The notes below the pieces were generated by a model. The model searched no databases, was not told the DNA's origin, and saw nothing but the letters and a program-made list of their open reading frames with translations. The position numbers and the translations under genes were made by a program. Source: an uncultured Actinomycetota bacterium (GTDB lineage: Bacteria > Actinomycetota > Actinomycetes > Streptosporangiales > Streptosporangiaceae). Taken from it: a DNA stretch of 64,000 bases. Below, piece by piece: positions 9,698-20,850 of the stretch; the first letter of the stretch is position 1, and every line of letters begins with the position of its first letter. Where the stretch lies: contig CAVRGA010000002.1 of the NCBI GenBank assembly GCA_963720575.1, positions 5,149,209 to 5,213,208 of the forward strand, read 5' to 3'.

Positions 9698-12600
9698 ATG
9701 ACAAGTGAGTCATCCGCGGGAAACCCGCAGGAGACGCCAGCCGAGACGGGGCTGTCGCTCGATGCGATCCGCGCAGCGGTAGCAGAAGTGCTCGGTACCG
9801 TGCCCGACGGGATAGCCGAAGACGACGACCTGATCGGCTACGGCATCGACTCGATTCGGATCATGCAGCTGCTCAACCGGTGGCGCCGCGCTGGCGTCGT
9901 GCTCAGATTCGCTGACCTGGTCGAGAAGCCGAGCCTGAGCGCCTGGTCCGTGCTCGCGGCACAGCGGCAGGCCGCCGTGCCGCGATCACAGCCCAGGCTG
10001 GCCGTGGACGAGTCGGCGCCGTTCGCGCTGGCACCCATGCAGCAGGCGTACTGGATCGGGCGGGCCGATGGTCAGATACTGGGCGGCGTCGGTGCTCATT
10101 TCTATGCCGAATTCGACGGGCCCGGCACTGATCCTGGCAGGCTTGACGAGGCGGCGCGGAAGCTGATCAGCCGGCATGGCATGCTCCGCGCGCGCTTTCT
10201 TGACGACGGCACGCAGCAGATCCGCCCTGAAGGCGCGTGGCAAGGTGTCACGGTGCACGATCTCCGCGGCGCTCCCGCGCGGGAAGCCGAGGCTCTGCGG
10301 CGGCGCTTGTCGCATCATAAGCTCGCCGTGGACCGGGGCCAGGCGCTCGACATCCAGCTTTCTTATCTGCCTGACGGCACTACCAGGACCCATGTCAACA
10401 TCGACATGCTGGTCAGTGACGCGCTGAGCTATCAGATCATCCTGGGTGAGCTCGCGCACTTCTACCTGCGGCCAGCCGCGGAGTTGCCGCCGATCGGGTA
10501 CAGCTTTCCGCGATATCTCGCCGAGCAGCGGCTCAGCCGGTCAGCCGAAGCGTCCTGCGCCAGGGACTACTGGAATGCCGCACTGGACGCGATGCCCGGC
10601 GCTCCGCAGCTGCCGCTCGCCGCCGAGCCAGAGCGGCTGGTCCGCGCGGGCATCAGCCGGCGTCACGACTGGCTGCCGGCGACCACGAAACGGCGGCTCG
10701 ATGAACGCGCCCGCGCCAGCGGCGTGACCTTGCCTGTCGCCTTCATGACGGCGTTCGCTGAGGTCATCGGGGCGTGGAGCGCTGAGCACCGGCTGCTGCT
10801 CAACGTCCCGATTTTCGATCGCGAAGAACTGCATCCGGACGTCGCGCGATTGGTCGGCGACTTCACCAACCTGGTGGTCGTCGCGGTAGATGTCACTGCT
10901 GACCTGCCGTTCGCCCGGCAGGCGCATCGCGTCCAGCGCCAGCTTCAAGGTGACCTGGCCCACGCGCAGTACTCAGGGGTAGAGGTGCTTCGCGACCTGG
11001 CACGCGAGCGGCCGGGTGACTGGATGATGGCGCCAGTGGTGTTCACGAGCGCGATCGGCATGGGGGAACTGTTCGGCGGCGCCGTCAGGCACTGCCTGGG
11101 TACCCCGGGATTCAGCACATCGGAAACACCTCAGGTATGGATCGATCACCAGGTCATCGAGCACGACGGCGGCCTGCTGCTCAACTGGGACGTTATCGAG
11201 GAGCTATTCCCCGACGGCGTGATAGACGCCATGTTCCGCGCTTATGCCGGCCTGATCGGCTGGATGGCGAGCAGCGACTGGAACGAGCCGGCGCCGTCGC
11301 TGCTTCCTGCTGGGCAGGCGCAGGTCAGGGCCACCGTCAATGCTACCGGTGAGCCGCATCGCCCCCGGCTGCTGCACGACGGGTTCTTCGAACGGGCGGC
11401 GAGCCAGCCGCTCACGCCCGCCTTGCTGTGGGGTGACGATCAGGTCATCACTTATGCCGAGCTCGCTGAGCGCGTGCTTGGCGTGGCCGGCCAGCTCGTC
11501 GCTGACGGACTGGCGCCCGGAGAGATCGTCGGCGTCTCGATCCCGAAGGGCCCCGAGCAGGTCATCGCCGTGCTGGCCGTGCTCGCGGCAGGCGGCAGCT
11601 ACCTGCCCCTCGGCGCTGACCTGCCTGAATTTCGCAAGCTGCGCATTTGCGAGCGGGCCGGGGTCAGGTCGGTGCTGACCGGGCTTCGCCAGGGCGCCGC
11701 GCCGCTGACCGGACCGGTCGCCGCTTCCCCGGATGACCTCGCGTACCTGATCTATACGTCAGGGTCGACCGGCGAGCCGAAGGGAGTGGAGATCACTCAT
11801 CGCGCGGCGATGAACACGATTGACGAGATCAACGACAGGTACCAGGTCGGTCCCGGCGACCGGGTTCTCGCGATCTCGGCGCTCGACTTCGACCTGTCCG
11901 TCTACGACATCTTCGGCTTGCTGTCGGCAGGCGGCGCCGTAGTCCTGGTGGAGGAGCGGGACAGGCGGGAAGCCAGGCGGTGGGCCGGCCTCATGCGGCG
12001 TCATCGCGTGACGGTCTGGGATTCGGTTCCTGCGCTGCTTGAGATGATGCTGGTCACCGGCGCCGCCGCTGACCTGAGGCTGGTGCTGGTGTCCGGTGAC
12101 CGGATCGGCCTCGACCTGCCGGCCCAGGTGCACGCCCAGGCGCGGCAGTGCGAGTTCGTCGCGCTCGGCGGTGCTACGGAAGCATCGATCTGGTCGAACG
12201 CCATCGACGTCAGCTCAGTCCCTGACCATTGGACCTCGATACCTTACGGCTACCCGCTGCGCGGGCAGAAGTATCGCGTCGTTGACGGCAGGGGACGCGA
12301 TTGCCCCGACTTCGTGCCCGGCGAGCTCTGGATCGGCGGCGCGGGCGTGGCCCGCGGCTACCGCGCGGGCGACGAGCTTGCCGCGGGCCGGTTCGCCTGG
12401 CATGAAGGCGAGCGCTATTACCGCACCGGTGACATCGGGCGCTACTGGCCAGACGGGACCCTGGAGTTCATCGGCAGGGCGGACTTCCAGGTGAAGATCC
12501 GCGGTCACCGGATCGAGCTCGGCGAGATCGAGAAGACCGCCGCCGCCCATCAGAAGGTCTCCGTGGCCGCGGCGACCAGGATCGTCCACGAGCGCATCGG

Positions 12601-13048
12601 CCTCGCGGTAGTCGCCGCCGACGACCTGGACGTCGTCGGCCTGCGCGGCTTCCTCGCCGCGCGGCTGCCGGGCTACATGGTGCCGGACGCGCTGGTGGTG
12701 CTCAGCGAGCTGCCGCTGAGCGCGAACGGCAAGATCGACAGGAAGTCGCTGGCCGGCCTCATCGAGAGGTGTGCCGAGAGCGCCGCGACCGAGAAGCCGG
12801 GCGGCCCCGTCGAGACCCGCCTCGCGGCGTTGTGGTCCGAGATACTCCCGGTCGCCGGGCCCGGCAGGAACGAGAGCTTCCTGGCGCTGGGCGGCGACAG
12901 CCTGGCCGCCACGCGCCTGGTCGAGGAGGTCAGGAAGCGTTTCGACGTGGAGGTGACGCTCAGGCAGCTGTTCGCCGGCCCGACCATAGCTGACCTGGCC
13001 GCGCTGATCGAGGCCAGCGCCGCGGGCACCGAGGAGGGCGAGCTGTGA
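9698..13048 (+). CDS. NRPS, PchE-like: aryl carrier protein, heterocyclisation domain, Cys-type A domain, PCP.
   Basis: 1116 aa. N-terminal carrier GYGIDSIR. Cy domain with DxxxxD (DMLVSDALS). A-domain motifs LAYLIYTSGSTGEPKGV and FDLSVYD (D-L-x-x-Y start of the Cys specificity code). GELWIGG, YRTGD, IELGEIE. C-terminal PCP LGGDSLAATRL. Confidence 0.9.
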   Translation: MTSESSAGNPQETPAETGLSLDAIRAAVAEVLGTVPDGIAEDDDLIGYGIDSIRIMQLLNRWRRAGVVLRFADLVEKPSLSAWSVLAAQRQAAVPRSQPRLAVDESAPFALAPMQQAYWIGRADGQILGGVGAHFYAEFDGPGTDPGRLDEAARKLISRHGMLRARFLDDGTQQIRPEGAWQGVTVHDLRGAPAREAEALRRRLSHHKLAVDRGQALDIQLSYLPDGTTRTHVNIDMLVSDALSYQIILGELAHFYLRPAAELPPIGYSFPRYLAEQRLSRSAEASCARDYWNAALDAMPGAPQLPLAAEPERLVRAGISRRHDWLPATTKRRLDERARASGVTLPVAFMTAFAEVIGAWSAEHRLLLNVPIFDREELHPDVARLVGDFTNLVVVAVDVTADLPFARQAHRVQRQLQGDLAHAQYSGVEVLRDLARERPGDWMMAPVVFTSAIGMGELFGGAVRHCLGTPGFSTSETPQVWIDHQVIEHDGGLLLNWDVIEELFPDGVIDAMFRAYAGLIGWMASSDWNEPAPSLLPAGQAQVRATVNATGEPHRPRLLHDGFFERAASQPLTPALLWGDDQVITYAELAERVLGVAGQLVADGLAPGEIVGVSIPKGPEQVIAVLAVLAAGGSYLPLGADLPEFRKLRICERAGVRSVLTGLRQGAAPLTGPVAASPDDLAYLIYTSGSTGEPKGVEITHRAAMNTIDEINDRYQVGPGDRVLAISALDFDLSVYDIFGLLSAGGAVVLVEERDRREARRWAGLMRRHRVTVWDSVPALLEMMLVTGAAADLRLVLVSGDRIGLDLPAQVHAQARQCEFVALGGATEASIWSNAIDVSSVPDHWTSIPYGYPLRGQKYRVVDGRGRDCPDFVPGELWIGGAGVARGYRAGDELAAGRFAWHEGERYYRTGDIGRYWPDGTLEFIGRADFQVKIRGHRIELGEIEKTAAAHQKVSVAAATRIVHERIGLAVVAADDLDVVGLRGFLAARLPGYMVPDALVVLSELPLSANGKIDRKSLAGLIERCAESAATEKPGGPVETRLAALWSEILPVAGPGRNESFLALGGDSLAATRLVEEVRKRFDVEVTLRQLFAGPTIADLAALIEASAAGTEEGEL

Positions 13049-16000
13049 CCGAGACGGATACCGGGCGGGCGCTGGTAGAGCAATTGCGCGAGGCCGGGGT
13101 CCGGCTGTGGGCAGACTCAGGCAAGCTCCGTTACCGGGCCGCGAAGGGAGTCATGACGCAGGAGTGGCAGGCCACCCTGCGGGCGCACAAGACCGCCGTG
13201 CTCGAGTACCTGAGCCAGCCCGACGACCTCATCGCCGCCAGCCGTCCGTCGGTGACCAGCTCAGATCCCTTCCCGCTGACCGACGTCCAGACGGCATACC
13301 TGCTCGGCCGGAGCGACGCGTTCCGCTATGGCGGGGTGGCCTGCCACGGCTACGGTGAGCTGGTCATCGGCGCGCTTGACCGGGACCGGCTGCAGGCCGC
13401 CTGGCACCAGCTCATCGCTCGTCACGAGATGCTGCGGACCGTCATCAGCGCGGCTGGCACTCAGCGCGTCCTCGCCGAGGTTCCCGAATTCGAGATCGAG
13501 GTGATCGACCTGGCGGCGGCTGGCTCCAGCATCGACGCCGTCAGGGACGAGATGAGTCATCGCGTCTACCCGACCGACGCCTGGCCCATGTTCGACCTGA
13601 AGATCAGCCGTGGCGCCACCATGGACGTGCTGCATTTCTCGATCGACTTCCTGATCGTGGACTTCGTCAGCACTCAGATCCTGCTTGACGAGCTGGTCAG
13701 GCTCTACCGCGGGCAGCAGTCGCTGCCCGAGCTGGCGCTGTCCTTCCGCGGCTATCTGGCCGAGGCGGAAATGCGGCAGGACAGCGATCGGCACGAGCGC
13801 GATCGCGAATACTGGCTCGATGCGGCGCAGTCCCTGCCGCCCGCACCTGACCTGCCGGTGCTCGAGCGCGCGCCGGGCAGGCGGTTTCGCCGGCTCGCGG
13901 GGTCCCTGCCCCCTGAGCAGTGGCGGGCGCTCCGGGCAGCCGCGGGTGAGCGGGGGATCACGGCGTCGGTCGCCGTGCTCGCTGCCTACGCCGAAGTGAT
14001 CAGCCGCTGGAGCCGCGACCAGCGGCTCACGCTGAACCTGACACTGCAGAACCGGCTGCCGCTGCACCCGCACGCCGGCCGGGTCGTCGGTGACTTCACC
14101 GCCGTTGAGCTGCTGGCTGTCGAACCAGCCAGCACGCTGGCCGGCCGGGCGAGCGCCATGCAAGAGCGGCTGTGGCAGGACCTTGATCACCGGCTCTGCT
14201 CCGGGCTCGACGTGATGCGCGAGGTGTCCAGGCGGCACGGGCCGGCGCCGGCCTGTTCCCTGTCGTCTTTACCAGCGCCGTGGGCGCCGACCCTGACGCG
14301 GATCGCCGCGAGTATGGGCTGAGCGACCTGGTCTACGGGATCACCCAGACTCCCCAGGTCTGGATCGACTGCCAGGTCGCCGAGGGCAACGGCGCCCTGG
14401 CCTTCAACTGGGACGTCAGGGAGGGGGTGTTCCCTGACGGCCTCGTTGGCGAGATGTTCGGTGCCTTCTCCCGCTTGCTCAGCCGGATGACGGCGCAGGA
14501 CGGGGTGTGGGACTCCGCCGAGCCCGTGCCGGTGCCGGCCAGCCAGCTTCAGCGCCGCGAGCTGATCAACTCCACTGCGGCGCCGTTGCCCGACAGCCTG
14601 CTGCACGAAGGCGTGGTGGCGCAGGCGCTGCGGGCTCCAGGCCGGCTGGCCGTCGCTGACCCTGCCGGGTCGCTGACCTATGGGGAGCTGCTCGGCCTGG
14701 CTCTTTCCCTGGCCGGCGAGCTCCGTGACGAGGGCCCTGTCGTCGCGGTGCTGATGGACTCCGGCAGGTTCCAGTTCGTCGCGGTTCTCGGGATCCTGCT
14801 CGCTGGGCTGGCCTACCTGCCGCTGGACGTCGACCAGCCCGCGGCCCGCCGCGAGCGCATTATGCGCGACGCCGGGGTGCGCTGCGCGGTCACCCGCGGA
14901 GACGCGGAGCTGCCCGCGGAAGTGCGCCGAGCGGACATCAGGACGATCGGTGCCTCGCCGCTCCCCGTCGGACCGCTGCCGCCGATGGCGGCTCCGGGTG
15001 ATCTGGCCTACGTCATCTACACCTCAGGATCGACCGGGGCTCCGAAAGGCGTGGCGATCAGCCATCGGAGCGCGGTCAACACGATCGCCGACATCAACCA
15101 GCGCTTCGCGATAACGGAGCGCGACCGGGTACTGGGGCTGGCCGCGCTGGGGTTCGACCTGTCGGTGTACGACCTGTTCGGGCCGCCCGCCCGGGGAGCG
15201 GCGCTCATCTTGCCCTCGGCCAGCCGGCACGCGGATCCGTCGCACTGGGCCGAGCTCATCGCGGAGTACCAGATCAGCTTGTGGAATTCTGTTCCCGCTC
15301 ATCTGCAGATGCTCAGCGACTACCTCGGCAGCGCCGGCGATGAGGTGCCATCGCTCCGGCTGGCGCTGCTGTCTGGCGACTGGATCCCGGTCCGGCTGCC
15401 CGACCAGGTCCGGGCTCAGGTGCCTGGCCTGCGGGTCGTCAGCCTCGGCGGCGCGACCGAGGCCGCGATCTGGTCCATCTGGCATCCCATCGAGGAAGTT
15501 GAGCCGGATTGGCACAGCATTCCCTACGGAAAGCCACTGGCGAATCAGTCATTTCACGTGCTCGACCACGACCTGCGGCCGTGCCCCGACTGGGTGCCTG
15601 GCGAACTCTTCATCGGCGGGACCGGGCTGGCGATCGGCTACCTCGGCGATGAGGCCAAGACAGCTGAGCGGTTCATCGTTCACCAGGCGCTCGGCAGGCT
15701 CTACCGGACCGGCGACCTCGGACGGTACTTGCCAGACGGCTCCATAGAGTTCCTCGGCCGGGAGGACCGCCAGGTCAAGCTTCGCGGCCACCGGATAGAG
15801 CTGGCCGAGGTCGAGGAGGCGGTGCGCGCGCATGAGCAAGTCGGGGCCGCGGTGGTGCTCGCAGACGGCCAGCGGGGTCTCGCGGCCTTCGTGGAACCGG
15901 CCAGGCGGCCAGCGGCGAGGGCCGGAGCCGGGCAGCCTGACCCGGTCGCCTGGCCGTCGCCGCCGCGGCCAGAACTCGCGGAGGCCGCCGCCACCGCCGG

Positions 16001-18026
16001 CGTCACCGACGGCGTCGACGTGCCGCGGTTCCGCGCTCATGCGAGAGCGCTCGACCAGGCATCGCTGCTGTCCATGGGACACGCGCTCGCGGCCGTCCGC
16101 CTGGCAGCCGGCGAGGTGCCCGGGCGGTATCGCAGCCTGATGCGCCGGTGGGAGCGCGCGATCGAGTCGGCCGGGCTGGCAGGAACGGGGCTGGCAAGCA
16201 CGGGGCCGACAGGCACGGAGGCGACGGCCGCGGCGGATGCCTGGCGGCGCGTCCGCGAGCGATGCGCCGATGACCCGGGGCTGATCTCCTATTTCGAGAC
16301 CTCAGCCCGCCAGCTGCCCGCCCAGCTGCTCGGCGCGACGGATCACCTGACACTGCTTTTCCCCGAGGGACAGCTGTCCGTATGCGAGGCGGTGTGGTCC
16401 GGGCCGTTAGCCGTCCGGTGGGCTAACCGCGCGGCCTCTGAACTGGTCCGCCAGCTGGCACCCGGCCGCGTGCTCGAGGTGGGCCTGGGCTCCGGCGGGA
16501 CCACTGCCGAGCTGCTCGCGGCGCTGCCTGAGGTCTCGTGCACGCTGACCGACCTTTCGCCGCTGTTCGTAACGGCCGCGCGAGACCGCTTCACGGCGCG
16601 GCCAGGACTGCGCTTCGCCGTGTTCGACATCACGCAGGACTACCGGGCTCAGGGGTTCCTGCCCAGCTCCTACGACGTGATCGTCGCTGGTGACGTCCTG
16701 CATGCCTGCTGCGACGTCCCCGACGTGCTCGCCAGGCTCGCCGAGCTGCTCGTGCCCGGCGGATGGCTGATCCTCACCGAGGTCACCAGGGAGCATCTGC
16801 CTTTCATGATCTCGCTGGAATTCCTGCTGCAGATCGACTTCGCTGACCAGCGCCGGGACGGTGACGACTGGTTCTTTACCGAGCCCCAGTGGCGCCAGCT
16901 GCTCGCCGAGGCGGGCGCCGGCACGGTACTGAGCCTGCCAGCCGACAGCCACGGGATCGTCGCCGAGTCTGGCCTGCGGGTCTTCGCTGCCCAGGTCAAG
17001 ACCGACCGGGTGCCTGTGTCCGAGTCCGGCCTGCGCGCGCATCTCGCGCAGCGGCTGCCTGACTACATGCTGCCCGCGCATGTCCAGGTCGTCGACGCGC
17101 TGCCGCTAAGCCAGAACGGCAAGATCGACCAGCGGGTTCTGGCGAGCTGGCTACCGCCGCTTCGCACCGGAGAAGCCGCGGTGCAGGTGAGCGCAAGCCA
17201 GCTCGAGGCGACCATGGCGACGCTGTGGGCAGAAGTGCTCGGACTGCCAGGCGTCGGCCTTGACCAGGGCTTTGTCGCTCTTGGCGGTGACTCGCTGCTC
17301 GCCGCGCGGCTGGCTGGCCGTATCCGCGAGGAGCTGTCACTGGCCACGCCTTTCGACACCGTGCTGCAGCAGGTTCTGGAAGGGCCGACCGTGGCCGGGC
17401 TCGCCGCCTGGATCGTCGCGCACGAGCCGCCCCGCGGGCTGACGGATGAGCCTGGCGACGCGGACGCGGGCGGGCAGCCAGCCCTGGCGATCAGGAACCT
17501 CGGCGGCAGCAGGACCGGCGAGGCGTGCGTGCTCATCCACGACGGCAGCGGCACCATCGCCTGCTATCAGCCGTACCTGGCCGCGCTCAGCGAGGACGGG
17601 CGGCTAGGCCAGCTGGCGGGACTTGAACTGGCGGACCCGTCCGGTTACCTCGCGCTCGATCCCGAGGTCGTCATCGGGCAGCTCGCCGACGACTGCGCGG
17701 ACGCGCTGCTCGATGCCGGATACCTCAGCGTGCGCATCGCCGGGCAAGGCCAGGGCGCCATTATCGCGATGGAGGTCGCCAGGCGCCTGGTCGAGGCAGG
17801 CGCCGACGTTCACCGGCTCGTCCTCGTCGGGCCCGCTGTCACCGGTCAGGACGACAGCCCGCTGTCCGCGCACCTTGCCGAGGCGCTCGGGCGCTGGCAG
17901 CCGCTCGCTTACTCGGGCGACCTCACCTTGGCCGGCGCTGGCGACGAGCGGGCCGCCGCGGCCTGCAGGCAGGCATGCCTTGGCACGGTCAGCCTGGCCG
18001 CGCACCTGGTCGAGGCGCTGCGATGA
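13045..18026 (+). CDS. NRPS, PchF-like: Cy domain, Cys-type A domain with embedded methyltransferase, PCP, TE-like domain. Apparent frame break near 14230-14280.
   Basis: ORF 13045-14322 is Cy N-terminal (DFLIVDFVS). ORF 14280-18026 continues the Cy in another frame (FPVVFTSAVGADPD…QVWIDCQ). A domain (YVIYTSGSTGAPKGV; FDLSVYD). MT insert between A8 and A10 (RVLEVGLGSGG). A10 PLSQNGKIDQ. PCP LGGDSLLAARL. TE-like domain with GQGQG where GxSxG is expected. GTGA overlap with the upstream NRPS. Confidence 0.8.
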
Positions 18027-19087
18027 CACGCCGCCTCAAGGTGGTGGTATGCGGCACCGCGTTCGGCCAGGTGTACCTGGAAGGCCTTCGCCACCTGGAG
18101 GCGAAATACGAGCTCGTCGGCGTGCATGCCAGGGGCAGCGCGCGATCGGAGGCCTGCGCCGAGCACTACGGTGTCCCGCTGCTCACCGACCTCGACGACG
18201 TGGACGCCGACGTCGCCTGTGTCATCGTCAGGGGCGGCCTGCTCGGGGGAGCAGGCAGCGACATGGCCCTGCGCCTGATGGCGCGTGGCGTCCACGTGCT
18301 GCAGGAGCATCCGCTGCATCACGACGAGCTTGCCGCGTGCCTGGCTCAGGCTCGCAAGAGCGGCGTGATCTACCAGCTCAACACCTTCTACGCCGACCTG
18401 CCCGCTGTTCGGCGGTTCCTCGCGGCCGCGCACGAGCTGACCGTCGAGCGGCCGCCCGTGTGCATCGACGCGATGACCGGCTTTCAGGTCGCCTACGCAC
18501 TGCTCGACATCATCGGCGCGGTGCTCGGGCGGCTGCGGCCCTATAGCTTCAGCGCGGCTCCGCACGACGGGACCTCGAGGCCGTTCCGCAGCCTCGACGG
18601 CCGGATCGGCGGAGTACCGGTCACGATCAGGATCGAGAACAGGATCGACCCGGCCGATCCCGACAGCCGGACGCGAATGCTGCACCGGATCTCTGTGGGC
18701 ACCGATAGCGGCGATCTCACCCTGGTCACCTCGGTCGGCCCGATCGTCTGGTCAGCGCGGCCGGGCATCCCGGGCCAGGTGCGGGACGCCGGTGCCGCCC
18801 CGCTGTTCGCTGGCCGGCCGCTCAGCGGCGGCGGCGCCTCGGCGAGGGTGATCGGGCCAGCGACAGCTCCCGATCAGGAGCAGGTGTTCGGCTCGCTCTG
18901 GCCCAGGACCGCCGCCAGGGCACTGGACCGGCTGCACGATGCTGTACTGACCCGGGCAGATCCGCTGCGACGCGGGCAGTATTACCTGGCGCTATGTCAA
19001 ATGTGGCAGGGCATCGCAGCGCAGCTAGGTCCGCCCGAACTCATGACTAGCCAGCCGCGCCTACTTACTGACAAGTCGCGGAACTAA
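18023..19087 (+). CDS. Thiazolinyl imide reductase (PchG/Irp3/YbtU family, Gfo/Idh/MocA-like).
   Basis: Starts MTRRLKVVVCGTAFGQVYLEGL with ATGA overlap to the NRPS stop. Length about 355 aa and position directly after the TE match pchG and ybtU. Confidence 0.7.
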   Translation: MTRRLKVVVCGTAFGQVYLEGLRHLEAKYELVGVHARGSARSEACAEHYGVPLLTDLDDVDADVACVIVRGGLLGGAGSDMALRLMARGVHVLQEHPLHHDELAACLAQARKSGVIYQLNTFYADLPAVRRFLAAAHELTVERPPVCIDAMTGFQVAYALLDIIGAVLGRLRPYSFSAAPHDGTSRPFRSLDGRIGGVPVTIRIENRIDPADPDSRTRMLHRISVGTDSGDLTLVTSVGPIVWSARPGIPGQVRDAGAAPLFAGRPLSGGGASARVIGPATAPDQEQVFGSLWPRTAARALDRLHDAVLTRADPLRRGQYYLALCQMWQGIAAQLGPPELMTSQPRLLTDKSRN

Positions 19088-19170
19088 ATGCCCGTCGCGG
19101 CGGCTATACCGTTGCCCTTGACTCTCCTAAGTCGCCAGCGGAGTATATCAACGGAAGAAAGGTCGCCGTC

Positions 19171-19926
19171 GTGCCTGGTCCAGTGACAGTGATCACCGGT
19201 GCGGGATCTGGCTTAGGCCGGGCGCTTGCGGTGAATCTCGCGAGGCAGGATCATCGCCTGGTGCTAGTTGGCCGGAGAAAGGAGCGGCTAGCTGAAGTCC
19301 GGAATTCCTGCCTGGTCGCGGGAACGGCCCGAGAAGACATACTGCTGGTGCCGGCGGATATAACCGCGCGGTCAGCTCCGACGCAGATTATCGATGAGAC
19401 AATGAACGCGTACGGTCAGGTCGACGCGCTTATAAACAATGCCGGCCAGGCTCGATTCGCACTGCTCGAAAATGCACTCGCCGAAGACATAGAATGCATG
19501 ATAGCGACACATCTGACAGCACCGGCTGCCCTCATTCGCGAGGCTACGCCGGCGTTGCGAGCCGCCAAGGGGATCGTCGTGAACATTGGCTCCATAGGTG
19601 GCGTGCTTGCGCTGCCCGGACGCGCTCTGTATGGCGCGACCAAAGCGGCACTGCATCATTTCACTCGCTCGCTAGCGCGTGAACTGGCTCCGGATATCCG
19701 CGTCAACGCTGTCGTGCCAGGAGCGATTGACACCGAGATGTACGACCATCTTGGTCTTTCGGTGGCTGAGGTCGCTGCCCTGCGCGACGAAATGATCCTC
19801 ACCACCCCGCTTGGCCGCATGGGCGCACCGGAGGACGTCGTGCCCTGGATCGACCTGATGCTCAAGCCCGCCGGGCACTGGATGACCGGCAGCCTGGTCG
19901 TGATAGACGGCGGGCGTTCCTGCTGA
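19171..19926 (+). CDS. Short-chain dehydrogenase/reductase (SDR).
   Basis: 251 aa. TGAGSGLGRA cofactor motif. YGATKAA catalytic Y-x3-K. Good RBS (ggaagaaagg) upstream of the GTG start. Confidence 0.85.
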   Translation: MPGPVTVITGAGSGLGRALAVNLARQDHRLVLVGRRKERLAEVRNSCLVAGTAREDILLVPADITARSAPTQIIDETMNAYGQVDALINNAGQARFALLENALAEDIECMIATHLTAPAALIREATPALRAAKGIVVNIGSIGGVLALPGRALYGATKAALHHFTRSLARELAPDIRVNAVVPGAIDTEMYDHLGLSVAEVAALRDEMILTTPLGRMGAPEDVVPWIDLMLKPAGHWMTGSLVVIDGGRSC

Positions 19927-19962
19927 TGAGGCAGCACTGACACCGACCTGGAAGGATTTGCA

Positions 19963-20850
19963 ATGACGAGCACGCAGGAGAAAGACACCGTCTACTCAAG
20001 TCCGAAGTTCCGTGACATCGATGTCGGCGCCATTATGCGAGACGGTCATCCTGACGTAGCCGACGGTGATGAGTTCATCATTTCTGTGGTAAGGGAACTG
20101 CATGCCAAGGCGAATCGCCGGCTGCGTATCATCGATGTCGGGTCTGGCTCCGGCGATCTGAGTCTCATGCTGGCAAGGCAACTGCCTGAAAGCGAGATCG
20201 TCGCCAACGACATAGAGCCCAATCCGGTCGCTCAGGCAACAGCTAAGCTCGCCGATTTCCCTCATGCCTCGGTATACGACCAGCCGTTTGAGAGCTGGGA
20301 TGGCACCGCCGACGCGGTTATCTCGTGGGGCTCGCATCATCACCTTAGCCATGACTATCTCTCACACGTCAAGCAGGTCCTGGCTCCTGGCGGGGTGCTG
20401 ATCATAGGCGACGAGTTCTGCCCGGAATACCTGACCAACGCGGACCGAGAGCGGCTGGCGGCGGCCAGTGAGATAATCATCGAAGACGGCTACATCTTCG
20501 ATAATGATGCCGACGCGACCGCTTTTCGCGACAACCGCGTGATGCCGCAGTGGACCGCGGGGCTGGAAGACGCCAGGCGCAAGGCGCTCTGGACCTGGTA
20601 CAAGTTTGTGGGCGACTATGCGGTCAGCAAAGGACACTGGCCGGTCCTGATCGCCGAGCTGGGCATTGCACGAGACGATCTGGTCACCGAATTCGACGAG
20701 GAGCACAAGACTTCGCCGTATCTGCTGGAGCGTGAATTGGAGTTGAATGGCTTCGAGGTAGCGCGGAAAAAAGTGATCGGTGACCGTGAGCCCGCGCTGC
20801 TGAGCTTCGTCGTGTACGTATGCCGAGTGGGACCGGAGAATGCCGGATGA
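19963..20850 (+). CDS. Class I SAM-dependent methyltransferase.
   Basis: 295 aa. Motif I IIDVGSGSGDLS. Acidic residue at end of beta-2 (VANDIEP). Confidence 0.75.
   Translation: MTSTQEKDTVYSSPKFRDIDVGAIMRDGHPDVADGDEFIISVVRELHAKANRRLRIIDVGSGSGDLSLMLARQLPESEIVANDIEPNPVAQATAKLADFPHASVYDQPFESWDGTADAVISWGSHHHLSHDYLSHVKQVLAPGGVLIIGDEFCPEYLTNADRERLAAASEIIIEDGYIFDNDADATAFRDNRVMPQWTAGLEDARRKALWTWYKFVGDYAVSKGHWPVLIAELGIARDDLVTEFDEEHKTSPYLLERELELNGFEVARKKVIGDREPALLSFVVYVCRVGPENAG

Noticed and set aside
13045-14322. Free-standing Cy-domain protein, and the idea of a double-Cy NRPS.
   Set aside because: The 425-aa ORF lacks the C-terminal third of a Cy domain. That third is found in the next frame at the start of ORF 14280-18026. 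A single frame break explains both, giving one PchF-like Cy-A(MT)-PCP-TE protein.
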